A stretch of 64,000 nucleotides of DNA from Trypanosoma brucei (Eukaryota): positions 1,984,001 to 2,048,000 of the forward strand of contig CM000208.1 in assembly GCA_000002445.1 (NCBI GenBank), in the 5' to 3' direction. A program made the position numbers and the translations under genes. Under the pieces are notes generated by a model. The model ran no database searches, was not told where the DNA came from, and worked only from the letters and a program-made list of their open reading frames with translations. Positions 47,213-57,015 of this stretch are shown piece by piece (position 1 is the stretch's first letter; each line of letters begins with the position of its first letter).

Positions 47213-49435
47213 TTACTGCCCTCCCCTAGCACGACCACGCCCCCGGCCGCGCCCGTAGTCTGCTGCGCCACGGAAGTCGCTGCCACCTCCGCGTCCAAAA
47301 CCTCGTCCCCCACGCATATACCCCTGGCCCCGTCCTCCACGGAAATCGTTGCCATGCCCGCCCTTCTCGCAGTAGTGGGCAATATTTTCCACACTTCTCG
47401 CAGTAGCCTCCACCAGGTACTGCAGGCGTGAAATGTTGCTTCTATCCACGTGAAGGTACTGATCATCTCTGTCCCACACAGCAATGAGGGGGGTGTTATT
47501 TTCTGATATAATACCGTTAATGACATGCTTAACTGTGCTCTCAGTTATATCAAACTTCTTGGCCATAATCTCCACGGATATCGTCGCAAAGCTACGCCTG
47601 CTGTTGTAACAGAATATCTGTAGGGCTGCTTCCTTCAAACGTTGTAGAAATGTGTCTCGTGCCTCAGTACCTCTCGGCATGTTATCCCAGACCTTCATGT
47701 TTTTGATAACTTCACTTGAGCGCGCATAATCACCCAGCTTCAAGGCAGTGTAAGCAGCTGTTATTTGCTCTCTGAACTCGATAGGCTCGCCCAGGAGTGG
47801 CTGAAACTGCATCTGATTTATTACACGGTAGAAATAGCGGTGATGGTGTGTAACCTCGTAGGGCTTTTTTGCTTCGTCCACTGTGCCGACTACAAGCGTT
47901 GAAAGCATCGTTGCAAGCTCCAGCTGACTATAAGGGATGTGGGCGTGTGGAGGCAGTAGTAAATCACGGTACCTCAACTCCTCATCCCCCTTCTCATCTT
48001 TTAAATTCGGCAGCTTTTGGCCTATCAATACCTCAGGACCTTCCCACGAATTCCATAAAGGACTCAGGAGCTCATACGCTTGCATGATGTCACCCATAAT
48101 GAAGGATGCCAAACCCAGTTGTGCGACAGCTCTGTTATAGAGGACAGAATTATGGTTGGAGTTGCACAGCTTCTCTGCCCCACCAGAGCGTCGTATGAGA
48201 TCCCGTCCCTCCCGGTACTTCCCTTCTAGTCCCATTTGGTAAACCAAATGAAGCAGAGCAAGTGATTTGGACTCGTCATCACCGATGAGGAGGAGTTGCT
48301 CGTAGAGCGATCGCACTGTCTCAATAACACTGTCACTGACGGCCTCACGCTGTCCCGGAGGCATCTTGCCAAACAAAATCTCGTGGGCCTCCTGTCTCCT
48401 TGACCCAAGGATGTCAACAAGAATCTGGCAACAAACCGCTCTGCCGCGGCTGTTATCCCTATAATAGCCGAAGAGAGCGTCAGCAATAGCCACCAGCCGG
48501 TTCTCCAAGTGAACAATCTCGATATAGTCGGATGGAATACCGTCTTTAAATTGCGTAATGCGTCGCAGGTGTTTGCTGAGACTCTGCAACAGAGCATGCA
48601 ACCCACCCTTAATGAATGCATCCCTTTTGTTGAGCTTGTCGGAAAATTTGTCCGATAGCCTTATTCCGGGATTTTCAACTATCAGACCGAAGCATTCCTC
48701 CAACGTATCACAGGATTTTGCCCACGTTTTGGTACTGACGTAGACCTCGCGATTATCCTCTTCGAGAAGGGCATCCGCAACGATACCACATGTCGTGATC
48801 TGCAGTGCCTTATACCCTTTCCTTTTGCATTCGTTAGCAAGCTTACGGTATTTGGACGCTTTCTTACCGGTACACGTCACGGACTCCCGCAGTTGCTTTA
48901 CAATGTCGTCTTCAGTTAATTCCTTTTCCGCCTCCTCCTCGTCACCTTCATCACCATCTTCTTCGTCGTACAAACGTTCAATATCGTCCTTGTACGTCTC
49001 CATCGCTTCTTCAACAGCCTTGATCAGCCCCTTGAGGGAACGAAACTCCTCTGGCTTTGCAAATGATTCTCTCTCGGATAGGTGTGTCTTGAGATCTGGA
49101 GTGTTTCGGAGGCACTCCAGGAATGGGAAAGGTGTCGACTGAAATCTCCGCTTGTGGATATCCGATTTCTCGCGAAGCTCTTTGAATGATTGCTCCGCTC
49201 CGACCCATGTCCCCTGATCAACGTTGAAGTCAAAAACATCGGCGTTTGTCTGTATTTCGTTCAATGACTTCTCACGCCGAGAAAGGACGACACGCTGTTC
49301 CTCTGCAGCTTCATCATCGGTTATTTCGAACCATTTTGGATCGATCTGGGCGGTGTTCCTTTCTACCTGATCGTCGCGCTGGATAACTTCGTCGATACTT
49401 TCGTCACTGTCACTTACGTTAAAGAAATCCGCCAT
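47213..49435 (-). CDS. EIF3C: Eukaryotic translation initiation factor 3 subunit C (copy 2, protein identical to copy 1)
   Basis: Same as copy 1. One synonymous difference near the stop (tct vs cct on the plus strand = AGA vs AGG Arg). Confidence 0.8.
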   Translation of the reverse strand: MADFFNVSDSDESIDEVIQRDDQVERNTAQIDPKWFEITDDEAAEEQRVVLSRREKSLNEIQTNADVFDFNVDQGTWVGAEQSFKELREKSDIHKRRFQSTPFPFLECLRNTPDLKTHLSERESFAKPEEFRSLKGLIKAVEEAMETYKDDIERLYDEEDGDEGDEEEAEKELTEDDIVKQLRESVTCTGKKASKYRKLANECKRKGYKALQITTCGIVADALLEEDNREVYVSTKTWAKSCDTLEECFGLIVENPGIRLSDKFSDKLNKRDAFIKGGLHALLQSLSKHLRRITQFKDGIPSDYIEIVHLENRLVAIADALFGYYRDNSRGRAVCCQILVDILGSRRQEAHEILFGKMPPGQREAVSDSVIETVRSLYEQLLLIGDDESKSLALLHLVYQMGLEGKYREGRDLIRRSGGAEKLCNSNHNSVLYNRAVAQLGLASFIMGDIMQAYELLSPLWNSWEGPEVLIGQKLPNLKDEKGDEELRYRDLLLPPHAHIPYSQLELATMLSTLVVGTVDEAKKPYEVTHHHRYFYRVINQMQFQPLLGEPIEFREQITAAYTALKLGDYARSSEVIKNMKVWDNMPRGTEARDTFLQRLKEAALQIFCYNSRRSFATISVEIMAKKFDITESTVKHVINGIISENNTPLIAVWDRDDQYLHVDRSNISRLQYLVEATARSVENIAHYCEKGGHGNDFRGGRGQGYMRGGRGFGRGGGSDFRGAADYGRGRGRGRARGGQ

Positions 49436-49784
49436 TTTACCTGAAAGCTCGATGCTGCTAAGATACCTGCGGTGTACATGCGGATGAGAAAAGGAGGTGA
49501 GAACAAAAAGAACAATTGAGGAAAATAATGTATCCGCGCATGATAAGCGGGGGCTTGCTCAACCACCGGAGCGAGGTTAGCCACAACGATACTTAACGCA
49601 TGTTGATATTAAAAAAAGGAGACAGAAAACAAGTAAGCGAATAATCTGTTGAGAGAATATGCTCCCGTGTTTTTTTTTCCAATTTGGCTTCCTCTCAGCT
49701 TCAATGATGGTGTCGACTCCCATAGTCCAAGCATCTTCAACTTGCAAAAGGTTAGTCATAAGAATATGGTCACTTACGGTAATC

Positions 49785-50117
49785 TCAGTCATCAACTTCA
49801 GTTTCAAAAGGCCTTCCAGCTGCAGCGGTACGAATATCTCTGCTGATCCTGAGGCCCCTGGCACTCTCGCCATGCGTGTGTGTTGTCACTGCGACACCCG
49901 CGCTACATACAGCACCTGCTCCGCATGAGGGCTGTGACGTAGCCATAAAGCGTAACGAGTGTGCGAGCTTGTCGAGAAAGGCGCATAGTTTTGCAAGTAT
50001 GATGTCCGTTCTCTCAACTGCGGTCCAGTTTTTCTCCTGCATGTCCTGAATCTCTTTCAACATTTCATCAAGATGCATTGTGAGCTGCGGGTGAAAGAAC
50101 AGGGGAAATGGTAACAA
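49785..50117 (-). CDS. Small hypothetical ORF (copy 2 of 46140-46472)
   Basis: Identical translation to the copy-1 ORF. Confidence 0.2.
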   Translation of the reverse strand: MLPFPLFFHPQLTMHLDEMLKEIQDMQEKNWTAVERTDIILAKLCAFLDKLAHSLRFMATSQPSCGAGAVCSAGVAVTTHTHGESARGLRISRDIRTAAAGRPFETEVDD

Positions 50118-50121
50118 AAAA

Positions 50122-50637
50122 TTAAAGGCGTCTAAGAAAAAGCACAGTTATTGGCTTACCATTATAACCAATCTGTCCGTCAAACATCCTTTTTATTTTG
50201 GTGGAAATATGTTCATTAGCAAACGAAACAACGGCCGCATTCGCACCAACAATCTGATGCTGCTCAACGCCTTTGACATGTCTCAAATTTAACTCAACCC
50301 ATAAAGAAGTGGCCCCGCGTATAATGACGAACCGGGATGGTCTGTGCGTCACACTGCACCCTGGTACCTCAGAAACAGGAGGCACAGTAATGCTCACTCG
50401 TATCGTTTCACCAAATAGTAAAAACCCGTTCATTTTTATGTAAGCCTCTTGAGCAGACACAGATTCCGCGTAAGTCACCAGTGCCTCACCTACGTCGACA
50501 TCCAAGAGAACGTCATACAACGACCCGAGTTCCCCAAAGCAGCGTAGGAGTGCTAATCTGCAAAACTCTACACCAAATGTAAACTTTAAACCCTGAACGC
50601 GAAGCGCCTCCATCACTCCCCCATCAAGGCATAACAA
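50122..50637 (-). CDS. RRM-like domain protein (copy 2, 171 aa; 17-aa C-terminal extension relative to copy 1)
   Basis: Identical to copy 1 over 154 aa. Copy 1 has TAG (plus strand cta at 46529-46531) where copy 2 has CAG (ctg at 50173-50175), so copy 2 reads on through QIGYNGKPITVLFLRRL. Confidence 0.45.
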   Translation of the reverse strand: MLCLDGGVMEALRVQGLKFTFGVEFCRLALLRCFGELGSLYDVLLDVDVGEALVTYAESVSAQEAYIKMNGFLLFGETIRVSITVPPVSEVPGCSVTHRPSRFVIIRGATSLWVELNLRHVKGVEQHQIVGANAAVVSFANEHISTKIKRMFDGQIGYNGKPITVLFLRRL

Positions 50638-50869
50638 TGGAAAAGTGGTTTAATCTAAAGTAATACCAACAAATAGGCAGCAAAGCAAGAGGCGAAAGTT
50701 AATACAGCAGTTCCAGCACAAATACATAATATATCAACAACTAAACCAGTAACATAAACAGATAATTTACGGTCATAAACATATGATTAGCAGTCGGTTA
50801 GCGTAATTACGTTTAATATGTTAGAAGATGATATGCCAAGTAAGAAACAGGTGAAAAACACTGGTTACG

Positions 50870-51721
50870 TTATGATAGCGGCACCCATAGTAACAATTTG
50901 TTGTTGAGTCTTTTTGTTTTTTCTGATTCGTTGATAGCTGATTGGGGGACAGTTATGAAAGTTGTGCCATCAGGGGCGGAAAAGACGACTCCAAGATGAT
51001 GAAGGGCAAGGGCAGTATCTTCAATGTTTATCGCCGATTTCGATGAAATTGTACGTAGTGTTAGGGGTAGTCGTTCCTTATGTATTGCAAACATGGCTCT
51101 TAACAATTCCTCACGCCATATTCTGGAGAATATACGCTTTCCTCCGGTGCTTAACGGTCTTTCAGGTGTTCCAGCTATTCCCTCAATCTTAGCCATTTCA
51201 TACGATAATTCTACAAGAAGTGAACCATAACCCTTTGATCGGTACGGTGGCAACACCATTAGGCACGAAAGTGTGTTTGTGCAAGATAGTGTTTTTCTCC
51301 ATTCCTTGCTGAAGTATCCTGCAAAATGATAACCATAATCATCTAATTCAAAAATAACTATGAATGCGAAAAAATGTAGGTCATCTAAAGTAGTTTTTTC
51401 ATCCAAAAAGAATTTGGATAGATAGGCAATCCTCCTTGTGAAGGAACTACAGACCGCTTTCCGCCCGTCGATCTCCATAATGACGCACTTCCGTTCGTCG
51501 CATCGATATATTTCATCACCAGGAATCCAGTAGCGATAAGTACATATTTCAGCGTGCTTAATGAGGTCAGGCAGCGAGGAGAACTGCGAAAGACAAGCTT
51601 CACATAAGAAAATTTTTTCAGTGTCCTTTATAGCTTGCTGGACGAAACCTGTAACGGAATGTGCCTGATATTCCCGAAACAGCGTTTTGATGACAGTGTC
51701 TCCCGACCTCTGTCGTTTCAT
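50870..51721 (-). CDS. MYST-family histone acetyltransferase (small, chromodomain-less; HAT3-like)
   Basis: C2HC finger FLCEACLSQFSSLPDLIKHAEIC. MYST core LSKFFLDEKTTLDDLHFFAFIVIFE...GYFSKEW...LSCLMVLPPYRSKGYGSLLVELSYEMAK (R-x-x-G-x-G acetyl-CoA motif). GTPERPLS. Confidence 0.75.
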   Translation of the reverse strand: MKRQRSGDTVIKTLFREYQAHSVTGFVQQAIKDTEKIFLCEACLSQFSSLPDLIKHAEICTYRYWIPGDEIYRCDERKCVIMEIDGRKAVCSSFTRRIAYLSKFFLDEKTTLDDLHFFAFIVIFELDDYGYHFAGYFSKEWRKTLSCTNTLSCLMVLPPYRSKGYGSLLVELSYEMAKIEGIAGTPERPLSTGGKRIFSRIWREELLRAMFAIHKERLPLTLRTISSKSAINIEDTALALHHLGVVFSAPDGTTFITVPQSAINESEKTKRLNNKLLLWVPLS

Positions 51722-52168
51722 TCCACCTATACGGAAGGGAATTAATCAGAGACGATAAAGGGTAAGGGGGGGGGGGAAATATACTCGTGCAATGTGTAAA
51801 ATATTCACCAAATTAAAGTACAATGGGCTAAGGCAAATCAGGGAAAACATTCACGTTAGCGCCCTAGAAAACAGAAATAAAAATACCTAGCCCAAACAAT
51901 ACCCTCCACTACGCACCATTTCCACCTCGGTATCCTAATAAATCGATAGCATGTATATACTTAGGGGATGCACAAACCAACCAGCATAACACAGATGCCT
52001 GCGAGGAAAAAATAATAACAATAATCGTTACATCGCCTCCTATTCTTCATATATACATATGTTATATATAATAGACTGTGTTTGAACGCAAATAATAAAT
52101 AGACTGCTGTAACACTCCTACGAACCATACCATTAATCCCTGTTTCTTTTTTCCCTTCTACTGGGGTA

Positions 52169-52543
52169 CTAGTGGTGACCCAGATCCACAGCTCCTGGAG
52201 CTGGTCTCAGAGTTGCCGGACCAGCCGCATAACCTTCACCAATATCGAAGGCAAAATCCCACGGTTTCCGATCCTGTTTACGCCACCCATAGTCGAGGTG
52301 GCTAGGTCCACCACCAGCAATATCATCAAGTTTGGCCCAAAAACCATCGTACATAATAGAACCAATCACCAAAAAAGGTCCAGTGGTGCACAATAACGTC
52401 CAATAATTTTGACCTGGCTTGTGATAAACTTCACTGGTCCAATATCCTACTCCACGGAGACCAAAGTTTGGACGCGCCTTTGCCTTCGCGTTGAACGCGT
52501 TTATGTACGTTCGTCTACTGGTTCTCAGCGCACAGGAGAACAT
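52169..52543 (-). CDS. Small protein with presequence-like N-terminus and single TM helix (possible mitochondrial membrane-complex subunit)
   Basis: MFSCALRTSRRTY... basic N-terminus. TM helix WTLLCTTGPFLVIGSIMY. Array orientation. Confidence 0.35.
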   Translation of the reverse strand: MFSCALRTSRRTYINAFNAKAKARPNFGLRGVGYWTSEVYHKPGQNYWTLLCTTGPFLVIGSIMYDGFWAKLDDIAGGGPSHLDYGWRKQDRKPWDFAFDIGEGYAAGPATLRPAPGAVDLGHH

Positions 52544-53089
52544 TAATTAAAGGATATAAATTATTGCCACTACCTTCCTATATGCCCTCAATGTAGTCTT
52601 TGTGAGTTCAAAGTTAGCACTTTAGCACACAAGTGAAAAATAAACGATCAGAAATTACAACGAGACCCAGTGGCAAAAGATACATGCAAGTATTCGCACG
52701 CATACATCCGTGGTGCGAAAGAATTTCAAACTGATGGACACGCAAACTTGCGTGCCTGAAGGTAGATGTTAAATTTGGATTGTCTATACTTAAAACTGTA
52801 TCCGAAGATAATAAGAGGGGGTATATTAAAAACATCTAATGAAGAAAAACATCTCTATATGCAACCAGGTTCTTGGGGCAAATTTTAGTTTGCTCGCTCA
52901 AGAACACACGGACAAACTGATTGATGTTGGGTGGCAAATGGTAATAATCATCATTGCGAGTATCAACCCTTTCTCCCACGTATTCATCACAGTTGCCATA
53001 ATGAAACAATAAACCAACATAAAAATAAACAAACGACAGGTTTCTATTTTCTAACTTGAGTGACCCATTCTCCTTTTTTTTCATTTTCA

Positions 53090-53797
53090 CTAGTTATAAG
53101 TCCTTACTTTTTCCATCCAAATGCGGCACCCAAACTCTCTGTAAAGTTCCTTAAGCAGTTGAACGAAATCTATACGCGCCTTGGCGGTATAGTAAAACGT
53201 GAGTTTCTTTTTGTCAAACTGATATTCAGCATGGCGGATCTCCATATCAAATCTGTGACGATGGACTCTCCGTTGGCAGTAAGTAACGGCAATAGCTTCT
53301 TGCTCTTTCAGGTCAATAGCCCAGTAGTCCACTTCCTGTTGCGTTGCGTACCGCAAAATGTTGCCTGTTGGTCCAGAACGCTCCACATAGGTCTTGCAAG
53401 AATCCGTATTTACCCGAATGACAACACCGACATCAATTCCTCTGTCACCTTCCACAACGACATATTGGCCTTTCCCAACCAGAATAGGAGAAGAAAACTC
53501 TTTTTGATGACATTTAAACTGCACTAGGGCGCTGCATACAGGCGCCGTGGCAGGTGATGCCGGAGCTTCATCCCCGTCGTGTAAATTTTCTGGTTCGTTT
53601 AAATTTTTCGACGAAAACATTATATCCGGGAAAGCAATTGCGGTTGCGGGGAGCGTTGGTTGGATAAGGCATTTCCACCCGTATGGGTCATGGCGGATTA
53701 CGGAAGGCCTTGTCGTATGAAGAACAACGCCGGCTTTATGTTCCTTCCCATTGTGAGAAGCCTGAACGTTAGTAACATCTGCAAGTAAACTGGCCAT
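53090..53797 (-). CDS. PSP1 C-terminal domain protein
   Basis: VQFKCHQKEFSSPILVGKGQYVVVEGDRGIDVGVV ... RYATQQEVDYW...KKKLTFYYTAKARIDFVQLLKELYREFGCRIWM matches the PSP1 C-terminal conserved region. Confidence 0.6.
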   Translation of the reverse strand: MASLLADVTNVQASHNGKEHKAGVVLHTTRPSVIRHDPYGWKCLIQPTLPATAIAFPDIMFSSKNLNEPENLHDGDEAPASPATAPVCSALVQFKCHQKEFSSPILVGKGQYVVVEGDRGIDVGVVIRVNTDSCKTYVERSGPTGNILRYATQQEVDYWAIDLKEQEAIAVTYCQRRVHRHRFDMEIRHAEYQFDKKKLTFYYTAKARIDFVQLLKELYREFGCRIWMEKVRTYN

Positions 53798-55142
53798 AGC
53801 ACAGAAATTAGAGACCTACCGAAATTGATCTGGCTTTGCTTAGAAGTGTGACAAAGAGGAATAACTGGGAACGACAAACGCAAATACATAAATAAGGGAG
53901 ATACATACAAATCAGAAAACTGACATGATCCGCAGCTGCGGCACAAACACACAAAATGATCTCCCTTTCTTCTTTTTCACTCGTTAAGGGGAGGGATACT
54001 TAACTTTAGAAACAGCAATAATAAAAAATGTAAGAAAGCACTGCACATCTTTCTCTCCTTAGTCCAGCACCTTGAAACCGATACTTTCGGTACGCAATCC
54101 TGAAAATCAGTTGAATACGATCAAAATTTTTTTTAAAAAAATGGTAGCGGCACAAGCAAAACAAGTTTTGGCACGTAATGCCAGATCTAAAGTAAATTTT
54201 AAGGAAGGACTCCTGAACTATTTTGACAATTAAATCAAAAATTTTATGATGTCTCTCTTCGCAAGTAACACAGACATCACTATTTCAAAACCATCGCCCG
54301 AAAAAGAAGTGCGGCATTTCACCGAATTCTTATTGCGAGGTTCAACTAGAGAAGTTCACCGAGGAAAGAGAGCAAAAACACCCGTTTAAAACATCCTGCA
54401 AACTACATATGAAGACAGAACTGGAGCGCGATGATCCAGGGAGGGATGTCGCAAACAGCACTAGTAATGGCGGTAATAACGCCCATCAGAGTATGAGTAT
54501 GTAGTGGGAGCACCCGACTGGCTCAAAAATCCGCACATACACCCATGAAAAAATATGTACAACAAATAAGCAGCGCAGCGCAGTCCTCCCAATAAACACG
54601 GACGGAGGACAAGGTCAAAAGAGGAGACCATCTGTAACGAGAATCGGGACGGCAAACACACCGACAAAGTGAAATTGCAATCTTTTCTTTAACTAGTCGG
54701 TAAATAAACCCCGAGGGAAAACGACATGTTTCTTGCCCCTTTCCTCATTTAAGAAAAAAACGAACAGAAAACTGTGCCGCACATTAGTATCAAAATTGAG
54801 CAGCAAGCCCTAGTCGCCAACGCCACGTGACGGTCGAAAACTCCTTTTTTTTACCCTTCCTTCCGCTTAACGCTAGGTATCGAGGGATGTTTTTTGACGG
54901 CCCACAAACACCCTTTCGTGGGCTGACCGGCATTTCACACACCACCCAGTTGCGACAATCTTGCTGAGAAAGACGGCGAAGAAGGGACAGCAGCTGACAG
55001 CATGAGCAGATATACTGGCAGGTCCCCTATCTTTGGCTTCACGTTCGTCTCCTGTGAAGGTGATGTTGTTCCTGACCAACACCTCGAAAACTCTGGAGGG
55101 AACCAAGCCGGACTCGAGGTTCTGAAAGGCATTTGTCCACCA

Positions 55143-55164
55143 CCCCCCCCCCCCCCCACACACA
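55143..55164. repeat. Homopolymer C15 followed by (CA)4
   Basis: Direct reading: cccccccccccccccacacaca. Confidence 0.9.
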
Positions 55165-56997
55165 TACAAACTTCCTCTTTTAATGTGCGTCGCGCGACGC
55201 TTAAGCAAATGAGGAGGGGACGCCTAGCACCCCAACTTCAAATGGCTGTGGGGCCAGCTTTTCCCAGACACTGGCCCGAGCAAGCCACGCAAACGCGGCA
55301 CCCCACTGGTGCGTTCATCCCCTTCGCACCCACCTCCGGAAACCTTCCGGAAGCGGAGGAACCTCCGGTGCGGTACCCCCTGCCGTGCTGTAACGGACCC
55401 TACTGCATCAGGTAAGTACCGAGCGAGGGGCTGCCAGGGGGCGTCGTCATTACTCTCTCGCCAACCTGTTTTACCATCGCCTCCGCCGCGTTCCCGTATT
55501 CCCCTGACACCCCCTCTGCCACTGAGTGCTTCTCACTGTCGTAATAGCAGTTCCGCAATCGTCGCAGCACGGTTGTGCGCATGATACTTCGTCAAACTCC
55601 AGAAGACGACGTTTCCGCCACTCCCCACGCCGCACAGGTAGCATTTACTACTAACGCGGGCGCGGCTAACAGACCTTCAGCGCAATGATGTAGCACCTGA
55701 GCGGGGCTCGTCCCCGGTGAATCACCGTTGTCGACGTTTGGAAACTTCTCTTTAACGATCTTCTTTGCATCACCTTCGTCTCGATGTGGCCGCATCGCCA
55801 ACTCAGTTGTAACGTTGCCCGCGCTTATTCATCTCTAGCTTTCCATCGCTATTGTAAGTTTGCTTTTTTAAACTTCCACCCCGGACCCCAGCTGCCTTTA
55901 TTTCTTTACGTGCGACCCGGATGTCGCCCGTATTCCCGCAAATCCACGGCTGCGCTCGAACCGCTCTCCATCCGAATAACCAAAGACCACAGCTACACCT
56001 TGTGTTCCTCTTTCTTTTACTCGGGAGCCAGCGAACCTTGATGCTCCGTGAGGCTTTTGGACAATGTGGGAAGATGTTTTGCCCCTCTTCATCGTCCTCC
56101 AGTGGAAAGGGCAAGCCACTCAACCGAAGACGTAGAGGTCCCCCTGCACCATTTTCGACAGTTGCTTGGCTCTGCATCAGGATGTTTGTGATACCAGTTT
56201 GCGGTTTCCCGTTTTCATAACGTTTCTCTTCCTTCCTTCCTTCCCTTGGAGACGGCAGGTTCGGTTTGGCGTCTGCCAATGTCATTGCATGTTCTGCTAC
56301 TTCCTGACCCCTGCCGGTAAGCATGTAACTTTGTTTCTTTATGCGGTTTGTCGCTGTATCGCATCTCGGGAAGAATGAAAAGCTTGCCGAGCATCCCATT
56401 GGTTTTCTAGCTTTCTCCAGCTGAAACTCAAGAGGTGAATTCAACTCAGCTCATTCATCATGGGGCGTACCCAAGCCCGTTCTCCCCCCACCTCTTTTTC
56501 ATCCTCCCGATCGCTAAGCCGTCTACACTCGTTTCTGTGCCTTTTTTAAAGGGCCACCCCGTGGAACCATCTAAAGCGCCTCGAAGGTGACAACGCAGAA
56601 CTATGTAAGAAAAGTTTTCCTTACCCTGGTGAGTTGCACCTTCTCCGGAGCAGGTCTAATGCCTCGGAAGAGGTAAGTTTGATGCGCGACTGGTCTCAAG
56701 CCGCCCTAAAATGACCCATTTTCTTCATCACATTCCTTCTCTGTGACGCTCATCAAAACATCCGAGATCCAAGTTGGTCACGTCTGTGGACAGTTTCCCC
56801 TTCCCCTATCTGCGATTTTTACCGCTAATTCATTTTTCACCATGCCACGGTGGGGGGCCCCATTTGTACCGAGTTCGCCAACCCCCTTCATGAGCATGAA
56901 AACTTCCTTCTATGTCAGTGGAACGCCCCGTTTTTTACCTGAGTTTCGTATGTTTTCAGGGTAACTAGAAATGGTACGGAGTCACTCTGAGTGCCAC

Positions 56998-57015
56998 AAC
57001 CCTAACCCTAACCCT
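56998..57015. repeat. Interstitial telomere-like hexamer (CCCTAA) x 2.5
   Basis: Direct reading: aaccctaaccctaaccct. Confidence 0.85.

Larger units (their letters stand above)
43549..50819. repeat. Tandem segmental duplication: two copies of about 3.63 kb (43549-47175 and 47193-50819), period 3644 bp, each carrying eIF3c and an RRM-like gene
   Basis: Identical ORF sets offset by exactly 3644 bp. The flanks diverge at 43548 / 47176-47192 / 50820. Only a few nt differences between the copies. Confidence 0.9.

Noticed and set aside
55940-55985. tRNA-like GGTTCGAGC on the minus strand
   Set aside because: Flanking bases cannot form a T-stem (GAGCG/CGCAG does not pair) and no acceptor or anticodon arms are evident. 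Not a tRNA.
55803-56444. 213-aa minus-strand ORF (and other 100-150-aa ORFs) inside the strand-switch region
   Set aside because: No motif, R/K/G-rich random-like composition, and located where both arrays begin. Treated as non-coding.
56998-57015. Telomere repeat as evidence of a chromosome end
   Set aside because: Only 2.5 hexamers, flanked on both sides by unique sequence and by genes tens of kb away. Interstitial, not a telomere.
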